Of a stretch of DNA of 35,173 nucleotides, positions 15,301 to 26,000 are shown one piece after another. A program made the position numbers and the translations under genes. Within the stretch, counting starts at the first letter, position 1; each line of letters opens with the position of its first letter. The stretch lies in the IMG/VR virus record IMGVR_UViG_3300032248_000963, positions 1-35,173 of that record; one strand, written 5' to 3'. The notes under the pieces were generated by a model, which saw nothing but the letters and a program-made list of their open reading frames with translations, searched no databases and was not told where the DNA came from. This DNA is from a virus (lineage: Duplodnaviria; Caudoviricetes).

Positions 15301-18222
15301 GAAACTACACATCCAGCTGGATTTAAAGTATTTGGTGAATTGACTGTTGAAAATCCATCAATACCTTCTGAAGTAAAACAAGTAAAAAAAGAAATTGTTA
15401 GTATTGTACAATTATGGGATAAAAATACCAATCATGTAAGAGTTCTTTCTGAAAATACTAGAAGACAAGTAACAACTAGTATTTTAAAACTTTCGGAACT
15501 TACTGTACAAAATGGTAAAGGAAGTGTTCTTGCTCCAACATACGATACAGGAGAAACAGTGTCGTATGAATTTACTTTACAAGAATCTTTTGATGGATAT
15601 TTTGATCAATATGGCAAAAGAAGTGGTAGAAAGCAATTTACAATGAAATTAGGAACTAACATTCCTTTATCTGTTTCCAATATTAACAATTTGTTTATTA
15701 CATTAGATGGTATTTTCCAAGAACCAGGAAAAGCATACACTGTATCACAAAATCAAGAAAATCAAATTACATTTATAGAGGCTCCTCTTGGTTATCGCAA
15801 TTCTTTAGGAGCTTCTATTTCTTCACAGAATTATATTAATGGTGTTGATACCCCACAGCAAAAATTTGTTGGAAGATTTGTAAAATTTAAAGATGATATT
15901 TTAAATTCACAATATTTTAAAAAAATTCAAAATATTTCTAGTCAATTTGATGGCACAAAAACTGCATTTGATTTATACTACGAAGATACTACTTCAGTTC
16001 AATTATCTTCATTTGAAAATTTATTAGTTTTTATGGATGGAGTACTTCAACAAAATGGTATTACTCCAGTTTTTCCTGCTGATAGGTCTTATTATATTAA
16101 GAGAACAGTTACTCCAAATCAAATAGTTTTTGTTGAACCACCAAAAACATATGAAACTATCAAACAATCATTCTATGCTTATAATGTTGGTTCATATGAA
16201 AGATTAACAATTGATACTGAATATATTGATGATATCAAAACTGGTCCATTTATTATTAAATCACCACTAACAAATAAAGTGGTAACTGTAGATGAAGATA
16301 GAAATGTTATGGTTTTTATTGATGGCGTTTTACAAAAACGAACAAAATCATATGAAATTAGAGGAGCTTCCATCACTTTTTCAGAACCACTGAAAAAAAA
16401 TCAAAAAATTAATATAATTTACTTATATGGAAGAGATTATGTAAAATCTTTACTAGGATTTAATTTTGAAACAACTCAATTTGTAAATTATTTTAAAATT
16501 GGTATTTCAACTCCAATTGCAAATTTTAATATTTCTTCATATAATTTAATTGCCTATCAGGGAAATAGTTTTTATGATTATTCTGCTAGTGCAATGTTGA
16601 GACAGTTTCGACAAGTTACGGATGTTCCTGGAGTAACTCATTATTTGTATTTTGAAACAGCACAAAATAAAAAATTTGTAAATACTTTACCAATTAATTT
16701 TATAAATCCCGACACATATAACATTGTTCCTAATACTACTATACCACCATCTGAAATAGTTTCTATCGATAATTTTGCAACAGATGGAGATACTTTGAAT
16801 CTATTGAAAAAAACTTCTTTACTACCAAGAGATTTTATTCGGGTTGGAGACCAGATTAAAATTGATGGAGAAAATGAATATAGAAAAGTATTAACTACTC
16901 CATCAGAAGTGATAAAAACTCAGTATAGAAACACTGATGATGCAAGTGTAAATTATCTTGGTAGAATTGGAGTAACGAATTACAATGGAGAAGCAAAAGG
17001 ACAAGGATTAGATGTTATTGCTGTAATAGACACAAATCCGTCTTCGCCAACATACACTCAAGTGATTTCATTAAAATGGAATAATAAAAATTGGGATGCA
17101 TATTATGAAAAAGGGATTCCTCCTACAGCTGGTGGATATGGATACGAAACATATCCTATCTTACAATTTGTTCCTCAACCAGGAAGAGATTCTGATGGCA
17201 ATTTAATTTCCGAACAACCTGCTCAAGGTGGGGGTGCTGAGGGATATGCAATTACAAATGGTGACGAAGTTGTTGATGTAATTTTAACAAATAGAGGAAG
17301 TGGGTATACTACTCCACCAAAAATTTATGTAACTAGGCAGTATAAAGTAAAAAGAGTTATTACTTTTCAAAATAGTATTAAATTTGGTATTCAACCAAAT
17401 AGAATTTCTGTTGTAAATTTAGTTGCAGTATCTGAATTATCATTTAAAACTCGCACACCCACCATATATGTTGAGAATACTCAATCTGCACAATTTTCTG
17501 CTACTACCAAATTTGAAAAGACAGAAATTATATGCCCATCTGGTAAATTAGCAGAAATTAAAAATGAAACTTATGCTCAAAAAACTATTATTGTATCATT
17601 ACCACCAAGACAAATTATTATATCCAATGATACTGTTAAACTCATTACTACAAATATACAACCACCCAACAAAACTGTATCTTCAAGCAGCACAAGCAAA
17701 TTACAAATTACATTCCCAATTCAAACAGGATTTGTAGACACCCGCACATACAACACACTAACATCAAATTACACTGGAAATATTTTAGGAAATAGGTGGG
17801 CTGTTGCTAGAAATACTTTATTTGTAGATACTGGTGCTGCAAATGTTTCTGGTATTTCAATTGAGGAATTTAATAACAAATATCCAGGAATTACCATTCA
17901 AGATTTTGAAAATTATGATTTAAATTCTGTTCTTCTTCCAACATGTTCAACTCCATGGAATAATGGATATCCATCAATTAATGAATATGGTTCTAACTTA
18001 CAAACTGCTAATTTACCAGCAACTAGTGGAACTGGTGTAATTGTATATGGTAATACTAAGGGGTTCCCCTCCACAGGAATCATACTGATTAACAAAGAAT
18101 TGATTACTTATACTGGAAAGTTATCAGATAGATTTACTGGTTGCACACGAGGAGCATATGGTTCTACAATTTCTGCACATACAATTGGAGATTATATGAG
18201 AACCGTTTCCGCACCTGTATAA
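9376..18222 (+). CDS. gp7: Giant baseplate wedge initiator gp7-like protein, 2948 aa
   Basis: Lies between gp6 and gp8; QLPQFI..F..FVKKYYE, KNIKQFYKAKGT and DSYYYQDYSY..HPAGFKVFGE motifs; repeated GxGY beta modules and a YHYH-like domain. Confidence 0.85.
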   Translation: MAGKYRPLSTLVEQQLPQFISDDYPMYVEFVKKYYEQLECSGQPLDIINNLSKYLDLDTYDKELFKSYTYTSSSVVLNTDTTINVLDTTGFPETNGYILIDDEAIFYRSKTNTSFLECYRNVGGTTRLGDLYSKSDVKTVEYKDLGVGVVHAANTTVRNISNLFLYAFVKNFESQYLSSFPEESLKPEVDKKILLKNIKQFYKAKGTDQSIQFIFSSIVSTEANDIPTVYYPKDFTIKPSGGEWAKSYSLKAKIISGDPYQLIGRRITQSPDPYDSTITNAFAIVDSVFNLGNNYYEIILSEKSIVGEFKIASQTFLTKTLSSVNGTGSFINVYSTLGWSGERGKVFIGNEEIVYEGKTINQFKILSRGQNPATYTVNISSTQIPVYTASTVSGSYTEDGEEYVVKLLILGVLYNLNATNPAPYSSVGDLVEQSSPGFITRDAIIYDKSISNIRWKINESFVAPSSTTNSSITSELSNVIADVSAIFEDANYYYIASSGIPSHDIGLATWETLKDQKQLRLIKKTPERSTEIYKTPTRDIGILVNGVTVRSYKDDEDVVFGGVTEINIENKGFGYKNPPFVLIEEKLGITTNAEAISYLSGESVDKIVVTNQGSGYFPPSPLITITSGRNAVLRAVVTSGKITSIVIVNPGEYYSTPPEIRIIDKAGKGKFASYKTIISSSGQIIDCVQEEAGKFYTQENIEIQVIPIGSGATATSEVRKWKKNRFYRLQNSLDSSYGYFFQNIDMQYGNGYSYIANPKKLRIDLGDNLSSTNQVPSTLLHSPILGYAYDGNPIYGPYGYSDPVSASSTISRMVSSYSPKFTRLNGPRTDLYPLGSLIEDYQYIHRSGTLDENNGRFCVTPDYPNGTYAYFVTIDSDNTPVFPYIIGENYYSLPVDSNYTKNITQDEIPKIASRLKTPNIPANGLGSSAYISEITPGTISSVDIQYSSDNFSVNSLVEVDYSGNAGSGVVAYVDSVEGKSVDYIQNHQTKCIKIQTSSISYFYDEQLLKQSNNVYGTIVGDVFDSKNIVLKNVVGTFDKNLPVYSDIKVISVIVDKSSNYTQNSIVRLKNSKKIIINSLNNSVINVSSNPFNNGDPIVFTGSFSQVIADKQYYVRDSSSGGFKISETLNGVALTITNTSNIISTAVGQKAKGTILERIEGKNSVKIRVEGGVFDTDQNYYLESSTLTDTVGSKIFLLNKLSENIPIFQINDNIGLVKTAQEHKLSVNDKVTIDINPDDATTEKNYYVRRRIYQTARIISPQIQTKINDTGIGRILVLNSGGYITKVNGNIQINGDYANGASQSYTNVELVFLDQTKCRDEYGEVVGSSSQSVIGKPGNANNARANINVTNGSVTSILITTKGSRYVTGDILTCVGSSLGKPSNSLNTQVLKVKVDHVGISSTDTTIKLFSVENISVDDLLLVEKEIVKVTNVNSSSNSITVQRAQNSTVSTDHSNSTDIFGYNVNYRLSYPYVLSSGVSTPIVKTYDTLTGNLEVVYPIGIAIESISRISEGYNFYDQSSPRKLITISSVLEEPTYKFEFSEDTNDLNYKKNPVIDIQKYYIYKFDTSSSTLSGTFLEFSPSINYNILTNESTKNSINPGSSGSYIKLKIGFGSSLATNTYQEKIDTNFNKFYYFDKSNLTDSEKSYINLIDDPLQGEKIVNYVTPYYFTYDLSSIPQWDGSGTISYTTKSKTAIGKINSISVSSGGTNLTKLPTVVGIRCSQYTEAEVDCTWSSETQNLLFVEVITNGSGYSKPKAIVSYGDGTQAEFVVATGVNGSIAGITVKNPGKNYTFKPTIKVIETDVNCYLESSNIGAPKSIKISANGYGFYNDKTISNTYKTYDVLVLKNIFTNSFVSGEDIVQYEGGIEIARGKVTTNGYKDNNNILKVITLVGKFKQNLQITGLWKNNTAIVKKIYTTIFSPDIKSYVDNAGKYFSEKSILGINSQKLSDSYYYQDYSYTIKSKTQINNWKTLVTETTHPAGFKVFGELTVENPSIPSEVKQVKKEIVSIVQLWDKNTNHVRVLSENTRRQVTTSILKLSELTVQNGKGSVLAPTYDTGETVSYEFTLQESFDGYFDQYGKRSGRKQFTMKLGTNIPLSVSNINNLFITLDGIFQEPGKAYTVSQNQENQITFIEAPLGYRNSLGASISSQNYINGVDTPQQKFVGRFVKFKDDILNSQYFKKIQNISSQFDGTKTAFDLYYEDTTSVQLSSFENLLVFMDGVLQQNGITPVFPADRSYYIKRTVTPNQIVFVEPPKTYETIKQSFYAYNVGSYERLTIDTEYIDDIKTGPFIIKSPLTNKVVTVDEDRNVMVFIDGVLQKRTKSYEIRGASITFSEPLKKNQKINIIYLYGRDYVKSLLGFNFETTQFVNYFKIGISTPIANFNISSYNLIAYQGNSFYDYSASAMLRQFRQVTDVPGVTHYLYFETAQNKKFVNTLPINFINPDTYNIVPNTTIPPSEIVSIDNFATDGDTLNLLKKTSLLPRDFIRVGDQIKIDGENEYRKVLTTPSEVIKTQYRNTDDASVNYLGRIGVTNYNGEAKGQGLDVIAVIDTNPSSPTYTQVISLKWNNKNWDAYYEKGIPPTAGGYGYETYPILQFVPQPGRDSDGNLISEQPAQGGGAEGYAITNGDEVVDVILTNRGSGYTTPPKIYVTRQYKVKRVITFQNSIKFGIQPNRISVVNLVAVSELSFKTRTPTIYVENTQSAQFSATTKFEKTEIICPSGKLAEIKNETYAQKTIIVSLPPRQIIISNDTVKLITTNIQPPNKTVSSSSTSKLQITFPIQTGFVDTRTYNTLTSNYTGNILGNRWAVARNTLFVDTGAANVSGISIEEFNNKYPGITIQDFENYDLNSVLLPTCSTPWNNGYPSINEYGSNLQTANLPATSGTGVIVYGNTKGFPSTGIILINKELITYTGKLSDRFTGCTRGAYGSTISAHTIGDYMRTVSAPV

Positions 18223-18231
18223 ATATAAATA
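18218..18231 (+). promoter_or_regulatory. Two overlapping late promoters TATAAATA
   Basis: Exact matches at 18218-18225 and 18224-18231, before gp8. Confidence 0.85.
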
Positions 18232-18268
18232 AATCACAATTACCATCTATTCACAGAGAGTGTAAAAA

Positions 18269-20035
18269 ATGCCCCTAGCTATTATCTCTGAAAAATTCAG
18301 AATTTTCAACGTAAAACAATTTGTAGAATCATTTTCCGAAGGAGCATCCGACAGCAGCGCCGATAGAACGAGAATGTATTTTTTCGTAGGTGCTCCACGA
18401 CCATGGAGAGCATACATGGAAATATATGGGCAAGGCACAACTGCTTTTGTAGCAAATCAAGGAATTACTGTTGGTACATTTAGTGGCACTATTTCAGAAG
18501 TTACTCCATATGCTTTATATTTTTCTAGTGCATCTGGTACTCCCACCGCTGGTGGTAGTTTAGTTGCTAGTAATCCAGCAAACGGAGCTACAGCAAAAGT
18601 TGGCCTATATCGTTCAGCAGATGAAAATAATCCTCCAAATATTTTTGACAACCAAAAAGAAAAATTTGCAAATTATAGAGATATAACAGCATTAAAAAGA
18701 ATTACAGATACTGATGTTAAACCTGTAATTGCAAGAACAAATTTTAATCCTGTGGCATATTCAAATTATGATATGTGGAGGCCAGATTATTCTGAAATTA
18801 ATACTTCTTCGACTAATGCATCTTCTTTGGCAAGTACTAAACATATTACTATGAATAGTAAATACGAAGTATTCATGTGCATCTACAATGGTGCTAATGG
18901 TGCGATCAAAGGTGTTGCTCCACAAACGACCTATGTTCCACAAGTTGGTGTTGATGGAAGTGGTAATACTGGTAAATATGTTCCGCCAGTTGGGCAAGCA
19001 ATTACTGCTTCTGGTGGAATTTTTATGGAAGTAAATAGTTCAGGAGTTACACAGGGCGGTGGATACATGTGGAAACATCTTTATACTATTTCAACTTCTG
19101 ATGTTTTAAAATTTGTTTCTACTGATTTTATACCCGTGGTTAATGATGCCTTAGTTCAAGGTGCTGCTGCCAAGGATGGAACCATTGAAGTTGCTGTTGT
19201 TAGAGATGTAGGATCAGGTCTACCTGCGGCATTCTATGCTCCAGTTATCGGTGATGGAACTATACAAGCAGTAGTTTATGTTACTACGTCTAGTGGTTCA
19301 ATTACTTCCGTTAAAGTAATGAACGGAGCTGCAGCAGGACTTGCTTCTAATTATACTAACACTGGTTATACCTGGGGTGAAGTATACCTGAAGCATAATT
19401 TTATGTATCAAAGCTATACACCATCAACAAATACATTGGGAACTGCATATACTACTGGTTATTCCAGTGCTACAGGAAAAATTGATGTAATTATTCCCCC
19501 ACAAGGAGGATATGGTTTTGACGTTATTTCGGATACAAATGCAAAACGTGCAATGATTAATGTTCGTTTAGATGGATACGATGGTTCTGATTTCCTAGCA
19601 AACAACGAATTCCGAAGAATTGGCATTATTCAAGATCCACTAACTCCTGGCGGAACTTACCTAACATCCTCAACGGCTAGTGGATTAAGTAGTTTTACAA
19701 CTACTGGATCTGGATCATTTACGTTAGATGAAACTATTTCCCAGGCATCAACAAATGCTCTCGGAACAGTAGTTTCGTATGACAGTACTACTGGAGTTGT
19801 TTATTATTACCAATCTCCAGAATTTCATAGACATACTGATAATAAAGTTTATGCTTTTGCATCTGGCAGTACTGTTTTGGGGCAAAGTTCCCAAGTAAGT
19901 AGAACTATCTCTACTGCTCCCGTTGCTCCCGAAGTTAAAGTAAATAGTGGAGAAATGATTTATGCAGAAAATAGAAGATCCATCACAAGAGGATTAGATC
20001 AAATTGAAGATATCAAACTTGTAGTTGAATTCTAA
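18269..20035 (+). CDS. gp8: Baseplate wedge subunit gp8
   Basis: AIISEKFRIFN, GYMWKHLYTI..KFVSTDFIPV, FRRIGIIQDP and YAENRRSITR..DQIEDIKLVVEF motifs. Confidence 0.9.
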   Translation: MPLAIISEKFRIFNVKQFVESFSEGASDSSADRTRMYFFVGAPRPWRAYMEIYGQGTTAFVANQGITVGTFSGTISEVTPYALYFSSASGTPTAGGSLVASNPANGATAKVGLYRSADENNPPNIFDNQKEKFANYRDITALKRITDTDVKPVIARTNFNPVAYSNYDMWRPDYSEINTSSTNASSLASTKHITMNSKYEVFMCIYNGANGAIKGVAPQTTYVPQVGVDGSGNTGKYVPPVGQAITASGGIFMEVNSSGVTQGGGYMWKHLYTISTSDVLKFVSTDFIPVVNDALVQGAAAKDGTIEVAVVRDVGSGLPAAFYAPVIGDGTIQAVVYVTTSSGSITSVKVMNGAAAGLASNYTNTGYTWGEVYLKHNFMYQSYTPSTNTLGTAYTTGYSSATGKIDVIIPPQGGYGFDVISDTNAKRAMINVRLDGYDGSDFLANNEFRRIGIIQDPLTPGGTYLTSSTASGLSSFTTTGSGSFTLDETISQASTNALGTVVSYDSTTGVVYYYQSPEFHRHTDNKVYAFASGSTVLGQSSQVSRTISTAPVAPEVKVNSGEMIYAENRRSITRGLDQIEDIKLVVEF

Positions 20036-20077
20036 TTGTCATATTTAATTGTTAGCACAACATAAGATTGAAATAAG

Positions 20078-23000
20078 ATGCCCCAAACTACCAATTTAAA
20101 CACACAACCTTACAATGACGATTTTGATAAGGATAAGGGATTTTACAAAGTTCTTTTTAGACCTGGGTATTCCATCCAAACTAGAGAACTAACAACTCTT
20201 CAATCTGTTTTACAAAATCAAATTGAAAATTATGGCAAATCTCAATTTAAACAGGGGCAAATGGTTGTTCCTGGAGAGGTTGCTTTTAATAATAAATTAG
20301 ATTATGTCAAATTGTCTTCAGTATCTGAAGTTGCAGTAAATGTTGGCGGCAATATTGTATATGAAAAATATGATATTTCTAATTTAGTTGGCAAAAATCT
20401 TAATGGGTTATCTTCTGGTATTACGGCAACTGTTTTATCTTATGGATATGCATCAGAAACAGAGTCAGATGTGCTCTATGTAAAATACACAAACAGTGGT
20501 GATAGTAAGCAGGAGTCTGTTTTTAGACAAGGAGAGACATTAGAAGTAATTGATATTACGGATAGTCCATTATTGGTTGTTGGTACTGATGGTAGTGTTT
20601 TACCATCATCTATTGATGTTTTAAATTATGATACTGGAATTGTCGCAAATATCCCTAGCCCCGCTATGGGATATGCATCAGCTGTAAAAGTTGAGGAAGG
20701 TGTTTATTTTGTTAATGGATATTTTATCAATAATACAGAACAATTAATAGTAGTTGACAAGTATTACTCAAATCCATCTGTTAAAGTTGGATTTACTATT
20801 TTAGAAAGTATTTCAACCCCAGAAACGGATGCTTCTCTTTACGATAACTCAAGAGGATATTCAAATTATTCTGCTCCTGGCGCACATAGATTAAAAATTT
20901 CTTTGAATTTAAGTGTTTATCAATACGATCAAAAAACAGACAACAATTTTATTCAATTGGTGTCAATTAAAGACGGCAAAATACAAAATATTATTAAACA
21001 AACAACTTATTCTCAAGTAGAAGAAATTTTAGCAAGAAGAACTTACGATGAGTCTGGCGATTATATTGTAGATAATTTTACTGTAGATTTGAGAGAATAT
21101 TATCAAAACAATACTGACGGTAAAAATAATCAAGGAGTATATCAATTAAATACTTCTACTAATAAAGTAAATGGAAAAACAATTAGTGAAGCAGATTCTT
21201 TAATGGTTGCTGGGATTGGTCCTGGAAAAGCATATGTTAAAGGATACGAAATTATCAATAAAGATACAAAATATATTGAAGTAGAAAAAGCTCGTGATAT
21301 TTTATCAAAAGAAAAGAATAGAATTAAAGTAGATTCACTAGCATATTTTAATGTATCTAATGTTTATAACAGTATTCCTCTAAATGCTGAAGGAGAGGAT
21401 TTAAATGCATATCCAACTGTTTATCTAAATTCTGTATATAATGACGGCAGAAATGGATTTAGTCGTAATTTTTTGGGTCTTTCGGAAACATATTCAAGAA
21501 GAGGTTTAAGTTTTACAACTGATGATGGTATAAAAACAATATATGTTAAATTAACTACTGATTTTACAGAAAGTGAAAATGATTATATCAAATCTATGTT
21601 GGGAACAAAACTTTGGTTTGTTGTTTCCAAATCTTTGGAAACAACAGCAACACCAAATACCGTAACTTCAGTTACTATTTTATATGCTAATGTTGTTACA
21701 AGACCAGAAATTAGTGATAATTCATCTATTAAATATGTAGAATTTACAGTAACAGGTAAAAAAACAGATTTATCTCTACTGAGAGAATATGATGTTGATG
21801 GTATTTCATATAAAAGAGAATTATTAACTTCCCAAATTCTTGCACAACAATACTACAAAACAAACCAACCAACAGCATATTGTACTGTAGTAGATTACAA
21901 CGAAACTATTACGCCAATTATTGGATTTTGTAAACCAAAAGATTTTTCTCTAATTAAAAAAGGTAACGGATTTAATACAGATACAGATATTATTCTTTCA
22001 AAAGGAAAAAAATCTGGTGGAGAAAAAGAATATTCATCTATTTTTAAATTATCATATTTCAATCCAGTATTTTTTACTCGCATAACACTAGACACATTTT
22101 TAGACGGCATTTCATTTGCGACAGGAACTTATGTTTATGGATTGACCAGTGGTGCTTATGGTGTTATTGAAGGCAAAACTGGTGATTATTATAATTTTGA
22201 TAATATTTTGTTTGTCAAAACTCTTTCTGGCGAATTTTCTCCTGGAGAAACAATTATTGATGAAAATGCTAAATCTAGAAGAATTGCTAAAGAAGGAACA
22301 ATTTCTCATTTTAAAGTATTACGAAGAGGAAGTGGTTATACAGATGCCACAAAAATATTAATCAATGGTGTTGAGTATAGTGGCACTGCAATACAACCTT
22401 TGAGAGCAGATGGTTCAGATCAAATATATTCTGTGAAAATTAACAACAGAGATTTAGTATCAGAAGTATATTCCACCACTCCTTCAATTACAGCAACAGT
22501 TGGTTCTAATTCTGCAATTATTCCTATTATTTTTAGAAACACTGTTATTACATATAATCCAAAAAATGTAAAATCATTAAGTTCAAAATTTGGAGCTAAT
22601 GATAAATATAACTTCACTGCTGATATAGAATCTTTTGATTCATCATACTATGAAAGTAAAAAAATAACAGATAGTACTTTTTCTGGTTCTGCGGGATATA
22701 ATTACATTGTTTGCAATAGTTTTTCTGCAGATCCTTCAATCGATTTAATTCAAGGAGATGCAATACAATTTACATATTCCGATAACACAATATTACGAGC
22801 TATTGTTCAATATGTAAATCCTCCACAGGGATTAAATAAATCAAGAATTTATATTGATGCAGTATTAAAAAATAATGTTGTAAATACCGATGTTATTAGA
22901 GTTGCGGCACAAATTGAAAATGGTTCTCGTTCTACATTAATTGTACCTACAGGGTCTAAGTATTTAAATTCTATAGTTAGTAGTCCCGAAAATTCAAAAA

Positions 23001-26000
23001 TTTCTTATTATTTAAGAAGAGATTTTGTGACAAAATTAGTAAGTAGTGGTGGCAAAATTACTTTTGCTGCTCAATTACCATATGGTACACAATCATTTGT
23101 GCCATTTTCGGAAAATAATTTTCTCATTACTATCTTAGATCCAGGTAAAGCATCAAATCCAAATACAACAGTAGAACAAGGTGATATCATTTATCTTAAA
23201 GAAGAACAGATTAGTATTTTAAATTCTTTGGATGATGCTACTGGAACAACTGCAGGTAGTGTAACTATAACATTACCTAGTAATTTTTTTGGAACAATTG
23301 TAAATTACGAAGCATTTAAAATTAAATTAACGGCAACTATTGAAGTTGAAAAATCAAAACCAAGATTAAAAACATCTGTAAAAAATAAAAAAATTGTAAT
23401 TTATTCACCTGGAGATAGAGTTATTCCTTTTAGAGGAGTTGATATAGAAGGAGAAACTTCTGATGTTTTATCATATTCTGATGTTTTTAATTTTAAACAT
23501 GTTTACGAAGGTTCTTCTACTGTTCCTCCTGTTGTGGATGGAGATGGTAATTTAGTTGCTGGTACTGATATTACCGACAAGTTTACTTTTGATGATGGGC
23601 AGAGAGATACATTCTATGATGTTGCTAGAGTAATTTTAAAACCAGGATATTCTGCTCCAACTGGGCAATTGATAATTATTTTTGATTATTTTGATCATTC
23701 GCAAGGAGATTTTTGCACAATTGATTCATATCTTCACGAAGCTGGCGTTCCACAATCAGAAATTCCTTATTTTAATTCCACTGTATATGGCAAAGTTTCT
23801 CTTGGTGATGTTTTTGATTTTAGACCTAAGGTAGATAGCACTTCGATTGTGGAGGGATATCAAAATACAAGTATTTTAAATTCTCCAACTTCATTTTCAA
23901 AATCTGGAGGTGTTGTTGCTGGCACTATTGCATCTGATGAGAATTTACCATATAGTTTAATTTTTAATTTACAACAATATCAAGATAGAATTGATGGTAT
24001 TTTCTTAAATAAGAGCGGAGAATTTTTTGTCAAAAAAGGAAATCCTGCATCAAATCCAGTAAAACCAACAGATCCAGATGGGTCTATTCCACTATATTAC
24101 CTATATGTTCCAGCATATACAAAAAATGCTGCTCTAGTCAATATTATACCAGTTGACAATAGAAGGTATACCATGCGTGATATAGGCAAGCTAGAGAAGC
24201 GTATAGAGCGTTTAGAGCAATACACAATGCTTAGTGTGCTAGAACAGCAAGCATTGAATATGCAAGTTAAAGATTCTTTTGGATTAGAAAAAGAAAAAAG
24301 CGGATTTATTGTTGATACTTTTGATAATCACTATACTGGTAATTTGAAATCATATGATTATAAATGTTCTATTGACCCACAACAATCAGTATTGAGACCA
24401 AGATCCATTGAATCATCTATTAATTTAGAAGAAATTAATTATAGAGATGAAGAAAGAATTACAGATGGTTATGTAAATACAAATGGAGTTGTTACACTAC
24501 CATATACAAGTATTGAATCTATTAAGAATGAATTTGCAACACAAACAATCAACCCAAATCCATTTGGAGTTTCTCAATATGTTGGTGATGCTTCATTGTC
24601 TCCATCTATTGATCAATGGTTCTCAGATGAAATTTTCCCAAATATTTTAAATAATGATGGCAAAGTTTTCTCAGTATTTTATGCCAAAGAAAATACTAAG
24701 GAAGGATTATCTAGTATTTTCAATAATTATATAATAAATTGGATTGGAACAAATAGAGTATTTTATAATACTGTTGCATTAAATGATGTAAATTTCTCTG
24801 CTTCTGCTAGCACTTCATCTGCTAGTGTTTCTAGTTCATCAAACATTAGTCCACAAAATAATGAATTAGCAAAAGGTTCTTCTGGTATTTCTGCAAATTC
24901 TGTAAGTGTTTCTTCTTCTATTCAATTTTTCTGTCGTTCTAGAGAAGTTAAATTTATTTTAAGAAGATTAAAACCAAATACAAAATTTTATGCATTCATG
25001 GAAGGCAAGTCTATTGATAGATGGATTGCTCAAGATTTAAAATTTACGGGAGTTGCTGGTAATTTTCTCGGAACATTTGGAAATGATATCACCACAGATT
25101 CAAATGGAGATGCCAGTGGGATTATTGTTATTCCTGCTGGTTATGCACCATCATTAAATTCTTCGTGGAATGGAGATATTAAAACAATATCTTATGATTT
25201 ATCTTCAAATCCTTTATATTTCACCACTGGTAAAAAAACAATTAAATTTACTTCTAATGAAAATGGGTTAACAGATTCAACTGTAAATTCATATACTGAA
25301 GTTGTTTATTATGCAACTGGCGTTTTGCCAGAAAATCCCATATCAATTATTTCAACTCATCCAGCAAAACTAAAAGCGGAGGAAGGATTGCAATCGGTAA
25401 GTTCCACGGGAGGAAGTTCAACAAATATTAAACCAGCACCATTATCACAAACTTTTAAAATTCAAAATTATCCTGGTGGAGTATTCTTAACAGGAATGGA
25501 TTTATTTTTTAGCAAGAAAAGTACCAACAATCTACCTATCAGAGTTTATTTGACAAATGTTGAAAGTGGTAAACCAGGAAAATATATTGTTCCAGGTACA
25601 GAATCTATTCTTTCGCCAAATACTTACTTACGTGTATATACAAATGGTCAACTAAAAATTAAAAAAGGAGAATTTGTAACTGGATATTCTTCTAGTGCTA
25701 CTGGACCAGTAGAAAACATTATTGATAGAAATGGAAATTTTGTAGATATTTCAACTACAAATGAATATACATTAAATAACGATCAAGTTTATACTCTTGT
25801 TTTATCAAACCATAATGGAAAAAATTTCATTTCAAATGAATCTTTAAAACTTACAAGTTTAATTCAATATAATGCAAAAAATAATACAGAATTAAAATTA
25901 ACTATTGCAAAAGATTCTGGTAGAGTAAGTAAATTAAAAATTGATAATTGTGGTACTGGTTACGAAGGAGCTTTAATTATTATTGAAAGTCCTCAACTTG